Source of the DNA: Diplonema japonicum
Lineage: Eukaryota; Protista; Euglenozoa: Diplonemea
Assembly: GCA_964019335.1 (NCBI GenBank)
Contig: OZ025681.1
Location: forward strand, 372,001-436,000
Length of the DNA stretch: 64,000 nucleotides
Reading direction: 5' to 3'
Position 1 is the first letter of the stretch; each line of letters begins with the position of its first letter. Shown here piece by piece: positions 43,938-54,894 of the stretch. Position numbers and translations under genes: made by a program. The notes beneath the pieces are model-generated. The model ran no database searches, was not told the DNA's origin, and saw nothing but the letters and a program-made list of their open reading frames with translations.

Positions 43938-45884
43938 TCAGGAAAGAGTCAAGTTGTTGGGGACCACAGGAAGAGCAGTGCTGTTGGCAGTATCGTTGCC
44001 TATCTTCTGCCTACGTCTTCTCCGCCGTCTGCTCTCTGACGGGTCTCGCCGTCTCCCCCGCCTCGCCTCTAGAGGGTATCCAAACAAAGGCCATCCAGGC
44101 TCTAGTTCCTTCTGAGGAGTTCTTGAATCACGTTCTGGTGCCTCGCTCTTTACAAAATTAGTCTGCTCAACAAGGGACTCAATCCCATAGTACTTCGTCC
44201 CATCAATATCGTTAAAGAAGATCTCATTGCATACGCTGCCAGAAGCGATCAGCACCCCCAACCCATGCCCCCCCCTCATGGTGTTGTACGCTATCATGTT
44301 CCCCACACTCGGAGCATAGTCAAGATCTGTCGCCCCATGATCGTCAGAGGGGTCGTTCATGAGGCTCACAGCAGGGAATGCTATGTGCTCGCTGCCTCCC
44401 TTGTTGTTGTTCCACAAGCTGTTGTCCACCACAAGGTTGAAGAAGGATGTCCTCACAAGTTTAATCCCCCCGCCGAAGTTGTTCCGCACGTTGTTCCTCA
44501 GAAGAATGTTGTACAGCCCATTGTCCACAGAGACACCGGGAAGCTTGTAGATGGTAAGCCCGTCCGCGCCCTTCCTCTCGTCAGGGACCTCTTGTTGCAG
44601 CACCAACGGCAGCTGCTTCGTCCGCTGCCCGCATTCATGGATGTGGTTGTCCATCACTACATTGGAAGTGGCCCCTCCATCCAGGCACAACCCTTCCTTG
44701 CTCGATGCATGGATCTCGTTCCCCATGATCACATTCCCGACAGCCCCGTCCACGTAGATCCCCTGTCCGCTGCTGTGCCCGACGTAGTTTCGCACAATGG
44801 CGTTCCTGCTGGGGTACTGCTTTCTGTGCAGAAGTGAGAAGGCAGAGTCGTGATGGAGATGCTTCCCCAGAAGCAAAGCCACCCCATCCCGAAGGTCGAC
44901 CTGCCGGTACGAAAGCACGATGCCAGCATGCCAGTTGGCCACGCCTATCGAGTCCACAACATGGTTACCCTCCACAACGCACTCCTTCGTGTCGCCATGC
45001 AGGATGATGCCGCCCGCCCCGCTGTTTAGAATGGTGTTGTCTCCAATCCAAGCCTTGCGGGAGTGCGAGATGGCGATGGAGGCCTGTGGGGAGTTTTTCA
45101 TCGTGTTGGCTTTGATGGCAACGAGGTCGCTATCGAAGACGAGGAGGAGGCCGGTTTTGTTGTCGCCGTGTTGCTGATAGAAACCAGGCTCAGGGATGTT
45201 TGGGAAGGAGAAGTGAGCGTTCATAAGGGTGACACTGCGGGAATGTTCCACGCGCAGCATGTGCCGCTCGTTGGTGGGCTCCCCGAACATGATGGTGACG
45301 TTGTTGAAGTCGATGACAAGGTTCTCCTTGTTGCGGAGGACGAGCGCTGCAGGGGAGTGCAGCACAAGGTCGGGTCTCGAGGGACGCAGCACAAGGTGCG
45401 TGTTGTCCGCCGCAGCGTTAAATATCTCGCTCGCGTTGCTTGTCTCCATCAGACGCAGCTCGACAATGCGAACCGTCGGTAAGAGCGGCTGGGAAAGACC
45501 TCCAGCCCACAACCACAACAGAAAATCAGAAACAGGAGACCTCGGATCGTCACCAAAGGGTGATGCAAGATGTACTTGCGTCTTAAAAACCTTTTCACGA
45601 AAAATACTTCTGCACTCCTCAATAGGGTGGGTGGTATTACTTTTTATCGGCGGGAGGTGGTACCCTCCCAGCAGCAAGTCTAGCATACGTGCTAAAAGCC
45701 GCTCTCGTGATGCGCCCCCTTGCGACTGCAACAAGGCACGCTCTAACTGTTCAATTTTCAATGACTGCCGTCGCTCTTTTTCCATAACATTCCGCTGCTC
45801 TTGCAGGTTGTTCGTCGCCCCCCAACTTGACACCGCCGTCAACATGAAGAATAAAGCAAATGCAACATAACCTTTTTGGAGCAT
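43938..45884 (-). CDS. Type-II membrane right-handed beta-helix (pectin-lyase fold) protein, paralogue A
   Basis: Start MLQKGY with an N-terminal TM; repeated GI...xxN-I-GN-I beta-helix coils. Confidence 0.82.
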   Translation of the reverse strand: MLQKGYVAFALFFMLTAVSSWGATNNLQEQRNVMEKERRQSLKIEQLERALLQSQGGASRERLLARMLDLLLGGYHLPPIKSNTTHPIEECRSIFREKVFKTQVHLASPFGDDPRSPVSDFLLWLWAGGLSQPLLPTVRIVELRLMETSNASEIFNAAADNTHLVLRPSRPDLVLHSPAALVLRNKENLVIDFNNVTIMFGEPTNERHMLRVEHSRSVTLMNAHFSFPNIPEPGFYQQHGDNKTGLLLVFDSDLVAIKANTMKNSPQASIAISHSRKAWIGDNTILNSGAGGIILHGDTKECVVEGNHVVDSIGVANWHAGIVLSYRQVDLRDGVALLLGKHLHHDSAFSLLHRKQYPSRNAIVRNYVGHSSGQGIYVDGAVGNVIMGNEIHASSKEGLCLDGGATSNVVMDNHIHECGQRTKQLPLVLQQEVPDERKGADGLTIYKLPGVSVDNGLYNILLRNNVRNNFGGGIKLVRTSFFNLVVDNSLWNNNKGGSEHIAFPAVSLMNDPSDDHGATDLDYAPSVGNMIAYNTMRGGHGLGVLIASGSVCNEIFFNDIDGTKYYGIESLVEQTNFVKSEAPERDSRTPQKELEPGWPLFGYPLEARRGRRRDPSESRRRRRRRQKIGNDTANSTALPVVPNNLTLS

Positions 45885-46609
45885 ATTATTATTATTTTTT
45901 TTTTTTTTGCTTGTGCCGATGGTTGGTTTTCTTTTTTTTTTTTTCCGTGAGAAAAGATGAGGGGGGGAAAAAAAAAGAAGAAATAATGACAAACGATGCT
46001 TTGTAGTGAAAAGCGGAAAGCGATGGACAAAAACAAGGGGGGGGGGGGGGGGGGGGGGCTGGGTAGGAAGCAAATATATAAAGAATATATAAAGGGAAAA
46101 AAGAATCAAGGACCGTGTTCGAGATATGTTTGACAGAAATAAAAAATATTTCGGTGTGTTTCTTTTTTTTTTTTTGTATCTTCCCCTGAACACGCGTGAG
46201 AGTGCGAGGTAGAACACTTTGTTGAAAAGATGCTCACACCCTTTCACGTACAATTTTCTTTTTTCCTTTTTTTTTTTTCTTCTTCTTTCCCCCGTCGCAA
46301 TTTTCCTCGTCACTAATATACGGATTATGGCATCGAGACCTTTTCTTGACTTTTTTTTTTTTTTTTTTTTTTTTACTTCATTTACATCAACTCGCTTGAG
46401 GAAAGGACTGTCCCCTCCCCCCCCCAAAACCCCCTTTCTTTTTCGAGGAGGGCAAAAAGAAAAAACAAAAAACAAAAAACCAGACATTTTAAAAGAAATT
46501 GTTTGCGTTTTTTTGCACCCACGTTTTAGAACGGCACAGTGTGTAAGCAATAATGTCCCTTTAAAATGCCTCACCAATTGCATCAAATCTACTTTTTTTT
46601 TTTTTATTT

Positions 46610-48460
46610 TTAAGCCACGTTCCTCAGTCCAGGGTGCCCATACATGGGCCAACCAGCGTCGATCTTATTCTGGGGCGAACGGGAGTTCTTCTCTGGATCA
46701 TTACATTGTACAAAATTAGTCTGCTCAACAAGGGACTCAATACCGAAGTACTTCGTTTCATTAATATTGTTGAAGAAGATCTCATTGCATACGCTGCCAG
46801 AGGCGATCAGCACCCCCAACCCATGCCCCCCCCTCATGGTGTTGTACGCTATCATGTTCCCCACACTCGGAGCATAGTCAAGATCTGTCGCCCCATGATC
46901 GTCAGAGGGGTCGTTCATGAGGCTCACAGCAGGGAATGCTATGTGCTCGCTGCCTCCCTTGTTGTTGTTCCACAAGCTGTTGTCCACCACAAGGTTGAAG
47001 AAGGATGTCCTCACAAGTTTAATCCCCCCGCCGAAGTTGTTCCGCACGTTGTTCCTCAGAAGAATGTTGTACAGCCCATTGTCCACAGAGACACCGGGAA
47101 GCTTGTAGATGGTAAGCCCGTCTTCTCCCGTTCGTTGATCAGGGACCTCTTGCTTTAAGACATAGTCCTCTTGCTTCGTCCGCTGCCCGCATTCATGGAT
47201 GTGGTTGTCCATCACTACATTGGAAGTGGCCCCTCCATCCAGGCACAACCCTTCCTTGCTCGATGCATGGATCTCGTTCCCCATGATCACATTCCCGACA
47301 GCCCCGTCCACGTAGATCCCCTGTCCGCTGCTGTGCCCGACGTAGTTTCGCACAATGGCGTTCCTGCTGGGGTACTGCTTTCTGTGCAGAAGTGAGAAGG
47401 CAGAGTCGTGATGGAGATGCTTCCCCAGAAGCAAAGCCACCCCATCCCGAAGGTCGACCTGCCGGTACGAAAGCACGATGCCAGCATGCCAGTTGGCCAG
47501 CCCTGTTGAATTATTTATGTGGTTGCTTTCTATTATGCACTCCGTCGTGTCGCCATGCAGGATGATGCCGCCCGCCCCGCTGTTCAGAATGGTGTTGTCT
47601 CCAATCCAAGCCTTGCGGGAGTGCGAGATGGCGATGGAGGCCTGCGGGGAGTTTGTCATTGTGTTGGCTTTGATGGCAACGAGGTCGCTATCGAAGACGA
47701 GGATGAGGCCGGTTTTGTAATCACCGTGTTGCTGATAGAAACAGGTCCCAGGGATGTTTGGGAAGGAGAAGTGAGCGTTCATAAGGGTGACACTGCGGGA
47801 ATGCTCCACGCGCAGCATGTGCCGCTCGTTAGTGGGCTCCCCGAACATGATGGTGACGTTGTTGAAGTCGATGACAAGGTTCTCCTTGTTGCGGAGGACG
47901 AGCGCTGCAGGGGAGTGCAGCACAAGGTCGGGTCTCGAGGGACGCAGCACAAGGTGCGTGTTGTCTGCCGCAGCGTTAAATATCTCGCTCGCGTTGCTTG
48001 TTTCTGTTAACAGAATCTCACTGATAGGCATGGATGGGTTCTGTGCGGCAGGTTGTTCAACAGGGTGCCCCATCACGGACAAGCCACCAGCTGCTGTAAA
48101 CAGTGACGATCCCTGCAAGAAGGACCCGGTGTATACTTGAGTTTTGTACACTTTTTGTCGGTTGACATCGTCGCACAGCTCAACAGGGTGCGTGACATTT
48201 CTTATCGGAGGGAGGTGATAGGCACCTAGAAGTGCTTCGTAGTGGGGGATGACGTTGCGGCGGGGGGTGTTTAGTCTTCTCACTGCCTGTGTCAGTTCCT
48301 CTAGTTTCTTAACGGTCGGCCCTTCCGCGTGGGGCCTGTGCAACAGGGCGGGTAACGCACCCACCCCCTCATCGCTGTGGGCACTGTCGATCGCTTTCCA
48401 GAACGAGACAGCCGTGAGCAAGACGATGGAGAAGAATGCAATGTAACTTCGTCTGAGCAT
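46610..48460 (-). CDS. Beta-helix protein, paralogue B
   Basis: 616-aa ORF; core near-identical to paralogue A. Confidence 0.82.
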   Translation of the reverse strand: MLRRSYIAFFSIVLLTAVSFWKAIDSAHSDEGVGALPALLHRPHAEGPTVKKLEELTQAVRRLNTPRRNVIPHYEALLGAYHLPPIRNVTHPVELCDDVNRQKVYKTQVYTGSFLQGSSLFTAAGGLSVMGHPVEQPAAQNPSMPISEILLTETSNASEIFNAAADNTHLVLRPSRPDLVLHSPAALVLRNKENLVIDFNNVTIMFGEPTNERHMLRVEHSRSVTLMNAHFSFPNIPGTCFYQQHGDYKTGLILVFDSDLVAIKANTMTNSPQASIAISHSRKAWIGDNTILNSGAGGIILHGDTTECIIESNHINNSTGLANWHAGIVLSYRQVDLRDGVALLLGKHLHHDSAFSLLHRKQYPSRNAIVRNYVGHSSGQGIYVDGAVGNVIMGNEIHASSKEGLCLDGGATSNVVMDNHIHECGQRTKQEDYVLKQEVPDQRTGEDGLTIYKLPGVSVDNGLYNILLRNNVRNNFGGGIKLVRTSFFNLVVDNSLWNNNKGGSEHIAFPAVSLMNDPSDDHGATDLDYAPSVGNMIAYNTMRGGHGLGVLIASGSVCNEIFFNNINETKYFGIESLVEQTNFVQCNDPEKNSRSPQNKIDAGWPMYGHPGLRNVA

Positions 48461-48544
48461 CTTTTGAGTTTGGATTATGCATCCTGTTTTTTATTTTATT
48501 TTGTGCGAGTGTCACTTTCTTTTTTGCGGGGAAAAGAAAAGGGG

Positions 48545-48880
48545 GGGCTCATTACTTCACGCTAAATCTCATTACTTCGTAAAGTGATAGGGATTTCTGG
48601 TAAATAGTCAGCTTACCAAGCTCCCCAAAAGACGAGGAAGAAGCAGAAAGAAAGGAGCTCCAGGTACGACCCCTCTGCAATGGCAGCGACAGCGGCAGTT
48701 AGCCAAGTCAAAGGGAAGGGAATAAAGACACTTTTGTAACCCCTCTCTTGCTGTACCCCTTGTCACGAAGTAAATTTCAGAGAGTCATGAAATAAAACCA
48801 CTTACTTACCGCCAAGGAGTGACTTTACGCATTTTACCAATATCGAGGTAAAGTCATTACTTGTTGGTAGTAAATAGCTG
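48545..48880 (+). mobile_element. Copy of the Helitron-like repeat
   Basis: Shares CATTACTTCACGCTAAATCTCATTAC, GAAGTAAATTTCAGAG and TTACTTGTTGGTAGTAAATAGCT with the other copies. Confidence 0.58.
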
Positions 48881-49013
48881 TTCTTTTTTTTTTCTTCTTT
48901 TGTTATTGTACCCCTTGTCACCCCCCCCCAAAAAAAGGGAAATACGTGGAAACGCCTACCCTTCATGTGGGGTGGGGAGGGGTTTTTTTTTTTAAAAAAG
49001 ATTTTTATTTTTG

Positions 49014-50387
49014 TTACAGTTCAGATTCGACGTCGTCGGTGTCCCAATCCTCTTCGTGGATGTTGTACGAGTTCCACGTCTGCTGCCTAGACACCTCTAA
49101 CGGTGAGACGTTGTTGCTAGAAGCCGCCATCTCGGGCATTGTGGTGTACAGTGTCAACGACTCGCTCGAAGGCGACACAACCTGAAAGGTCGGGTTGCCG
49201 GAGCTCCGCTGGATGAAGTTGCTCAGCGTCTTCCCGCGCATCTCTTTCGACACAGCGATGCTTGAGGCTGTCTGGTCCATCGTCAAACAAACAACTTCCT
49301 TCTCGATAGGCCGGCCCTTATACACAGTCATGTTTGACAACCATGGGTGCCGGAGGATTTCCCCCGTGTTGATGCGAGAGTTCGGGTCGCCCTCGAGCAT
49401 CCTTTCGATGACATCGTTAACTGGTGTTTCTTTGGCCGCTCCTGACAGGTATAGAAGGGTTTTACCAAGTCCCCAAACATCGCAGCACCCGCCTTCAGGA
49501 GGAGGGTTTGAAGACCAGTTTATGTCACCATAGAAATCCGTGAGTTTTGGACAACCGTAGTGATCGCGGAGAATGTTTGATGGTTTCACGTCGCCATGTG
49601 ACTGGCCTTGCTCCCTGAGGTATTCCAGTGCTTTGCAAACGGCAACTGTTATTTCCTTCAAGGTTCCTTCTAAAATAGGCGGGGGTGGGAGGGGGTCGAG
49701 GAACTCGTTGACGGTGAGTAGATCCGTGAAACTTGAGATCAATCCGTATATTTTGGCGAGGTTCGGGTGGTTCAGCGCAACTAACAACGGAATTCTCAAT
49801 GCGAGCTTGTCGATAAACGTAGACGCCTCGCCCTTTAGATTAGTGTCAAATGTTTTAATAGCGTAGGGTTGGTTGGACACATTGTGCATGCAAAGCCTCA
49901 CGTTGCCAAACCTTCCTTTTCCAATGGTGTTGACCAACGTGTAGTTGTTGATGACGAACATCCCGGAGCTGTCCTTGCCTTTTTTCACCATGCTGTTGCT
50001 GCACCTGTGGATGAATTTTGCGTTCTTGGGCTTCCCGATGCATTGTTTGCATTTGAAGCCGGAAGCTCGTTGTTCTCCAGCTCGGTCTGACCTTCCACAC
50101 ACGACGCATGCCCGTAAAGAGATGACTACCGTATTCTCTGTCTTCTCAGATGCAGCTTGTCGTAGGAGCCATCTTGCGGCCCTCTCGGCTTGGTTTCTCT
50201 GTTCCTTGTAAATATCCGATTGTTCCCTTACGTCATTCAGCTCGAGTTCCTTCTCCGTGAGTCTCTTTATCAGCATTGTTTGTATGGCCAAGGCCCGTTC
50301 TAGTGCGTCGCAGTAAACCGCTTCCATCCCAAGGTCCTCTTCCATGCCCAAAGATGCCCTGCGTGACTCGGACATTGGGATTTTCAT
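49014..50387 (-). CDS. Atypical Ser/Thr protein kinase with N-terminal coiled coil and CxxC..CxxC motif
   Basis: GKGRFG, YAIK, HGDVKPSN, LTDFYG, DVWGLG; likely start MKIPMSE. Confidence 0.8.
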   Translation of the reverse strand: MKIPMSESRRASLGMEEDLGMEAVYCDALERALAIQTMLIKRLTEKELELNDVREQSDIYKEQRNQAERAARWLLRQAASEKTENTVVISLRACVVCGRSDRAGEQRASGFKCKQCIGKPKNAKFIHRCSNSMVKKGKDSSGMFVINNYTLVNTIGKGRFGNVRLCMHNVSNQPYAIKTFDTNLKGEASTFIDKLALRIPLLVALNHPNLAKIYGLISSFTDLLTVNEFLDPLPPPPILEGTLKEITVAVCKALEYLREQGQSHGDVKPSNILRDHYGCPKLTDFYGDINWSSNPPPEGGCCDVWGLGKTLLYLSGAAKETPVNDVIERMLEGDPNSRINTGEILRHPWLSNMTVYKGRPIEKEVVCLTMDQTASSIAVSKEMRGKTLSNFIQRSSGNPTFQVVSPSSESLTLYTTMPEMAASSNNVSPLEVSRQQTWNSYNIHEEDWDTDDVESEL

Positions 50388-51187
50388 TTTTTTTTTTTTT
50401 TTTCCCCTGCGGTTTTGGTAAATAGATTTTAAAAAAAAAAGAAGAAGAGGGAGGATGGAATAATAATAAAAAAAACAAAGAATAGACAAGGTATTCCTTT
50501 TCCCTCCCCTCCCTTTTTTTTTATCCCCCCCTACTAAAAGATCTCTTTGGCGATTAAATAAATTGTCAAGCGCAAAAAAAAAAAAGAAAAGAAAACTGGG
50601 TGATGGAAGAAAGAAAGAAAAAAAAAGAATGGGAAAAAAAAGGGGAGGGGTGTATGTGCCGTGCACAAAATATAAACGTAATAAAGAACCAACCCCTACC
50701 AGTGACTGAAGGAGAAAAAAAAAAAGAAAGTAGTAGGAGTAGGGAGAAAAGAAAAAGGGGGGGAAGTTCTCTTGTTTTTTTTTTTTTTTTTTTTTGTTTT
50801 TTTTGTTTCCGTACAACTAGTCTCCAGGGCAGAATGCACTTGAGAGGGAGCGATTGCAAAAAGAAAAAAAGATTTAAATAAAAAATAAAGATGACAACGA
50901 AACAACACATCTGATGTACTTCTTTATATCTCATGATCCTCACCTGAAAAAAAAAGACAAAAACCAGAATCAAGCCCGCCTCACGATTGGGCGATGGGGA
51001 GGAACTTGCACGTTACTGGCACTCACTCTTCTTTGTTTTGCAACAACATGAAACAAAAAAAAAGTGTTTTTTTTTTTTCCACAGAGAAAGGTCATCCTCC
51101 TTATCACCAAAAAACAGTTTTCTAGCCCTGGAATCGGTAAGACGGATTTCTTTTTTTTTCATATCCCCCCCCCCCCCCCCCCCCCCC

Positions 51188-51392
51188 CAGGGCTATGCTG
51201 GCAGGAAACGTGGAAACGTTTCCGTTTCCGTTTCCATACTTTTCAAAAAATGCATGGGAAACCCGTATGGAAATGGAAACGCGTTTCCTTCTTAAGGAAA
51301 CATAAGGAAACGTTTCCGTTTCCGTATCCGTTTCCGTTTCCATACTTTTCAAAAAATGCATGGGAACGCGTTTCCATGCCAGCATAGCCCTA
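51188..51392. mobile_element. hAT-like MITE
   Basis: TIR AGGGCTATGCTGGCA / TGCCAGCATAGCCCT; internal GTTTCC/GGAAAC hexamers. Confidence 0.7.
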
Positions 51393-51831
51393 GGGGGGGT
51401 CATAAGGGGGTCGTTATTTGCCCTTTTTCAGACTCTTCGCCAAGTGCATTTTGGGCCCTTAAAAAAACTGTAACCACCCCAAAAGTGCCCACAAATCACC
51501 CAAACCCCCGTTTCCCGATGGTTTCCGGCCCCAGAAGTGCCCAGAATCATGTTCTAATTTTGGGGCCCCCGTTTGGTACTTTCCCTATGTAATCCTAGGG
51601 AACATAAAATAGGGGCCCCTAGGATTACATAGGGAAAGTACCAAATGGGGGCCCCAAAATTAGAACATGATTCTGGGCACTTCTAGGGCCGGAAAACATC
51701 GGGAAACGGGGGTTTGGGTAATTTGTGGCACTTTTGGGGGTGGTTACAGTTTTTTTAAGGGCCCAAAATGCCCTTGGCGAAGAGCCTGAAAAAGGGCAAA
51801 AAGTGGCCCTTAAGGACCATATGACCCCCCC
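51393..51831. repeat. Foldback element with ~184-bp inverted arms
   Basis: 51417-51600 is near-perfectly complementary to 51617-51800; outer GGGGGGGTCATA / TATGACCCCCCC. Confidence 0.9.
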
Positions 51832-51921
51832 CCTCCCCTACAGCAACAAAAATAATTTTAAAAGGCTGGAACGGTGCGGGAGTAAAGACAATCCCACATG
51901 AGTGCACAGCTTTTAAAAAAA

Positions 51922-52028
51922 AAATATATATGAGTTAAAGGAAGTCTTTGTGAGACGCCCCCTTGTTCTCATCTTCTACCTGCACCTATCCCCTTTCAGC
52001 AGCGGGTTCTCCTCCTTTGGTGGTCTTG
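51922..52028 (-). mobile_element. ~110-bp extreme 3' fragment, near-identical to 7780-7882
   Basis: Direct sequence match (ATATATGAGTTAAAGGAAGTCTTTGTGAGACGCCCCC...GGTGGTCTTG) between A-runs. Confidence 0.8.
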
Positions 52029-52555
52029 AAAAAAAAAGAAGGTTAGTATGAAGCTTGAAGGAGAGACGGTGAGAACAAAAAAAAAAGAAAAAAAAACACT
52101 TTTAAAAAAAGAGAATTCCATTTTTGGCTACACCTCATATCTCTAGAAACCCCCTGAGTCCCCCCCCTCCCCTCTCCTCTTTGCGTCTGGAGCAAACTGC
52201 TATTTCTTTTTCAAAACAACGGCTGCAATGAAATCGTTTCGCGAATCTCTGGGATCGAATGCTAGTCAGTTTCTTTTTTTTTTTTTTTTTTTTTTTTTTG
52301 ATGTCACCTTGCTCGCCGAATCTTTCTCAGCCAAAATCTTTGGAAGATTTTCAATCTTCAAAATCCCCTGCGTAGCCCCAGGGATCGACTAGACGGGTTT
52401 GAGAGATATGGGTAGCCTAACCTTTTTTTTTTTTTTTTTTTTTTGAGAAAATGTAAAAAAATAAAAAGAAAAGAAGGAACGGATACAACGTAGAGGCGGA
52501 AGGGGGGGGCGGGGGATGATGATGATTCACTTGAAAACATCTATCTTTGGAATTA

Positions 52556-52593
<38 letters not shown>

Positions 52594-52611
52594 CTCTTTT
52601 TTTTTCTTTTC

Positions 52612-54894
52612 TCAACTGCCAAGCCTGATCTGAGAAATGGGCCAACCTTCCTCAGGAACGTCTCGTTCAGGGGTCCGCAAATTCTTTTTAGGAGCTGTGC
52701 TCTTGATAAAGTTCGTCTGCTCCACAACCGACTCAAGAACAAAGTACAATTCACCCTTTACTGTGTTGAAGAAGATCTCGTTGCACTCGCTGCCCGGCGC
52801 TATCAAAGCGGCCACGCCATGCCGCCCCCTGATGGTGTTGTACGCTATCATGTTCCCCACACTCGGAGCATAGTCAATATCCGTCGCCCCATGATCGTCA
52901 GAGGGGTCGTTCATGAGGCTCACAGCGGGGAACGATAGGTGCTCGCTGCCTCCCTTGTTGTTGTTCCACAAGCTGTTGTCCACCACAAGGTTGAAGAAGG
53001 ATGTCCTCACAAGTTTAATCCCCCCGCCGAAGTTGTTCCGCACGTTGTTCCTCAGAAGAATGTTGTACAGCCCATTGTCCACAGAGACACCGGGAAGCTT
53101 GTAGATGGTAAGCCCGTCCGCGCCCTTCCTCTCGTCAGGGACCTCTTGTTGCAGCACCAACGGCAGCTGCTTCGTCCGCTGCCCGCATTCATGGATGTGG
53201 TTGTCCATCACTACATTGGAAGTGGCCCCTCCATCCAGGCACAACCCTTCCTTGCTCGATGCATGGATCTCGTTCCCCATGATCACATTCCCGACAGCCC
53301 CGTCCACGTAGATCCCCTGTCCGCTGCTGTGCCCGACGTAGTTTCGCACAATGGCGTTCCTGCTGGGGTACTGCTTTCTGTGCAGAAGTGAGAAGGCAGA
53401 GTCGTGATGGAGATGCCTGCTTAGAATCAGGTTCACACCTTCACGAAGGTCAACCTGCCGGTATGAAATCACGATGCCAGCATGCCAGTTGGCAATGCCA
53501 GTGGTGTTGTCTACACGGTTGCCCTCCACAACGCACTCCTTCGTGTCGCCATGCAGGATGATGCCGCCCGCCCCGCTGTTCAGAATGGTGTTGTCTCCAA
53601 TCCAAGCCTTGCGGGAGTGCGAGATGGTGATGGAGGCCTGTGGGGAATTTTTCATTGTGTTGGCTTTGATGGCAACGAGGTCGCTATCGAAGACGAGGAG
53701 GAGGCCGGTTTTAAAGTCACCATCACGTTGGTAAAAAGAAGCAGGGGGTGTAACAGGGAACGAGAAGACCCCGTTGAGAATGGTGATGTTGTGTGAGTTC
53801 TCAATACGGAGGAGGAAGCGATGCGCAGTGTTTTCATGAAGAGTGACGACACTCCCGTTGAAGTCGATGACCAAGTTTCTTTTTTTAGAGATCGTCAACG
53901 GCGTGCGTGCCTCCATCGCGCGGTTCATCACAACAAGATATGTGTTGCTCACAACGTGTGTTTGGAGGTCAGAGAACGAAGCCGCGTGAACATGCGACGG
54001 AGCACTATGGGGAATGGCCATACGACTGGCAAGCTTCTTCCCCATTTGATTTGAGATGAACCAGTTGTTCGTTCCTGTTTCAATTGTTTCTCGAAGTTTG
54101 TTCGCACTTCGGAAAACTTGTGATTTGTTAACGTTCTTTCGAAGCACCTCTCTGCAATCCGGTTCTGGATGAAAATTATCACGAAGAGGAGGTAGCCGGT
54201 ATGCTTCGAGTAGAACGTCGATAGGTCTTGTAATCGATGACGCACTACTTTGCGTTTCGTTGCTTATATTCTTCAACCCGAAATGGAAAAACGGCGGGGG
54301 TTCGGACAACGGTGCAGGAGGAGGAGGAAGCAGCAACTCCGTAGCAAGAGGTTCGGTTCTCGGTTTGTCGGCGGAGCCCCCTAGCATCTTCTTCAACACT
54401 GCCGCTCGTTCGTAGTCCTCTCGAGCCACAGCTTCATGAAGCTCTTTGTTGTATCTGTCTTCAATGGCTGAGATTTTCTTCTTCAAAACTGCTGCAGTTT
54501 CGTATTCCTCATTACGTACCGCTGTATCTTTCATCACTCGAAGGGTTTGTATGCTTGCTTCCGATGGGTTGGTAATGGGCGTTGTTGGGGGAGATGGTAC
54601 ATCAGTTGGCCGTTCCATTCTCGCCAGCGCCCGCACGCTTCCCACAACCTTCACGCGTAACGGGGCCCATTGGTTTCCAAAGTCGTTTTGGTGTTCTTGG
54701 TACTTCCGTTGCCGCGCGATTTCCATTTCATGCGTTAAAATGCCGGTTTCTCTATCCCGATAACCCGCGGGGCCTCTCGAGGAGGGATTATCCACCATCC
54801 TTTTAACACTCACCCATGCGTTCGAGATAAACCAAGCCATGCAGCATGTAATGGCTATGAACAATATTCCAAGCTTTCGTGCCGTCCACAGCAT
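52612..54894 (-). CDS. Beta-helix protein, paralogue C, with tandem UVR-like motifs in its stem
   Basis: Start MLWTARK; same core as A and B; AVRNEEYETAAVLKKKI and AVAREDYERAAVLKKML motifs. Confidence 0.82.
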   Translation of the reverse strand: MLWTARKLGILFIAITCCMAWFISNAWVSVKRMVDNPSSRGPAGYRDRETGILTHEMEIARQRKYQEHQNDFGNQWAPLRVKVVGSVRALARMERPTDVPSPPTTPITNPSEASIQTLRVMKDTAVRNEEYETAAVLKKKISAIEDRYNKELHEAVAREDYERAAVLKKMLGGSADKPRTEPLATELLLPPPPAPLSEPPPFFHFGLKNISNETQSSASSITRPIDVLLEAYRLPPLRDNFHPEPDCREVLRKNVNKSQVFRSANKLRETIETGTNNWFISNQMGKKLASRMAIPHSAPSHVHAASFSDLQTHVVSNTYLVVMNRAMEARTPLTISKKRNLVIDFNGSVVTLHENTAHRFLLRIENSHNITILNGVFSFPVTPPASFYQRDGDFKTGLLLVFDSDLVAIKANTMKNSPQASITISHSRKAWIGDNTILNSGAGGIILHGDTKECVVEGNRVDNTTGIANWHAGIVISYRQVDLREGVNLILSRHLHHDSAFSLLHRKQYPSRNAIVRNYVGHSSGQGIYVDGAVGNVIMGNEIHASSKEGLCLDGGATSNVVMDNHIHECGQRTKQLPLVLQQEVPDERKGADGLTIYKLPGVSVDNGLYNILLRNNVRNNFGGGIKLVRTSFFNLVVDNSLWNNNKGGSEHLSFPAVSLMNDPSDDHGATDIDYAPSVGNMIAYNTIRGRHGVAALIAPGSECNEIFFNTVKGELYFVLESVVEQTNFIKSTAPKKNLRTPERDVPEEGWPISQIRLGS

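Noticed and set aside
45885-46652. N-terminal extension making the 904-aa ORF (similar extensions occur on the GH29, kinase, DHHC and other ORFs)
   Set aside because: Poly-K/poly-F translation of homopolymer spacer; better starts with a signal or anchor lie downstream.
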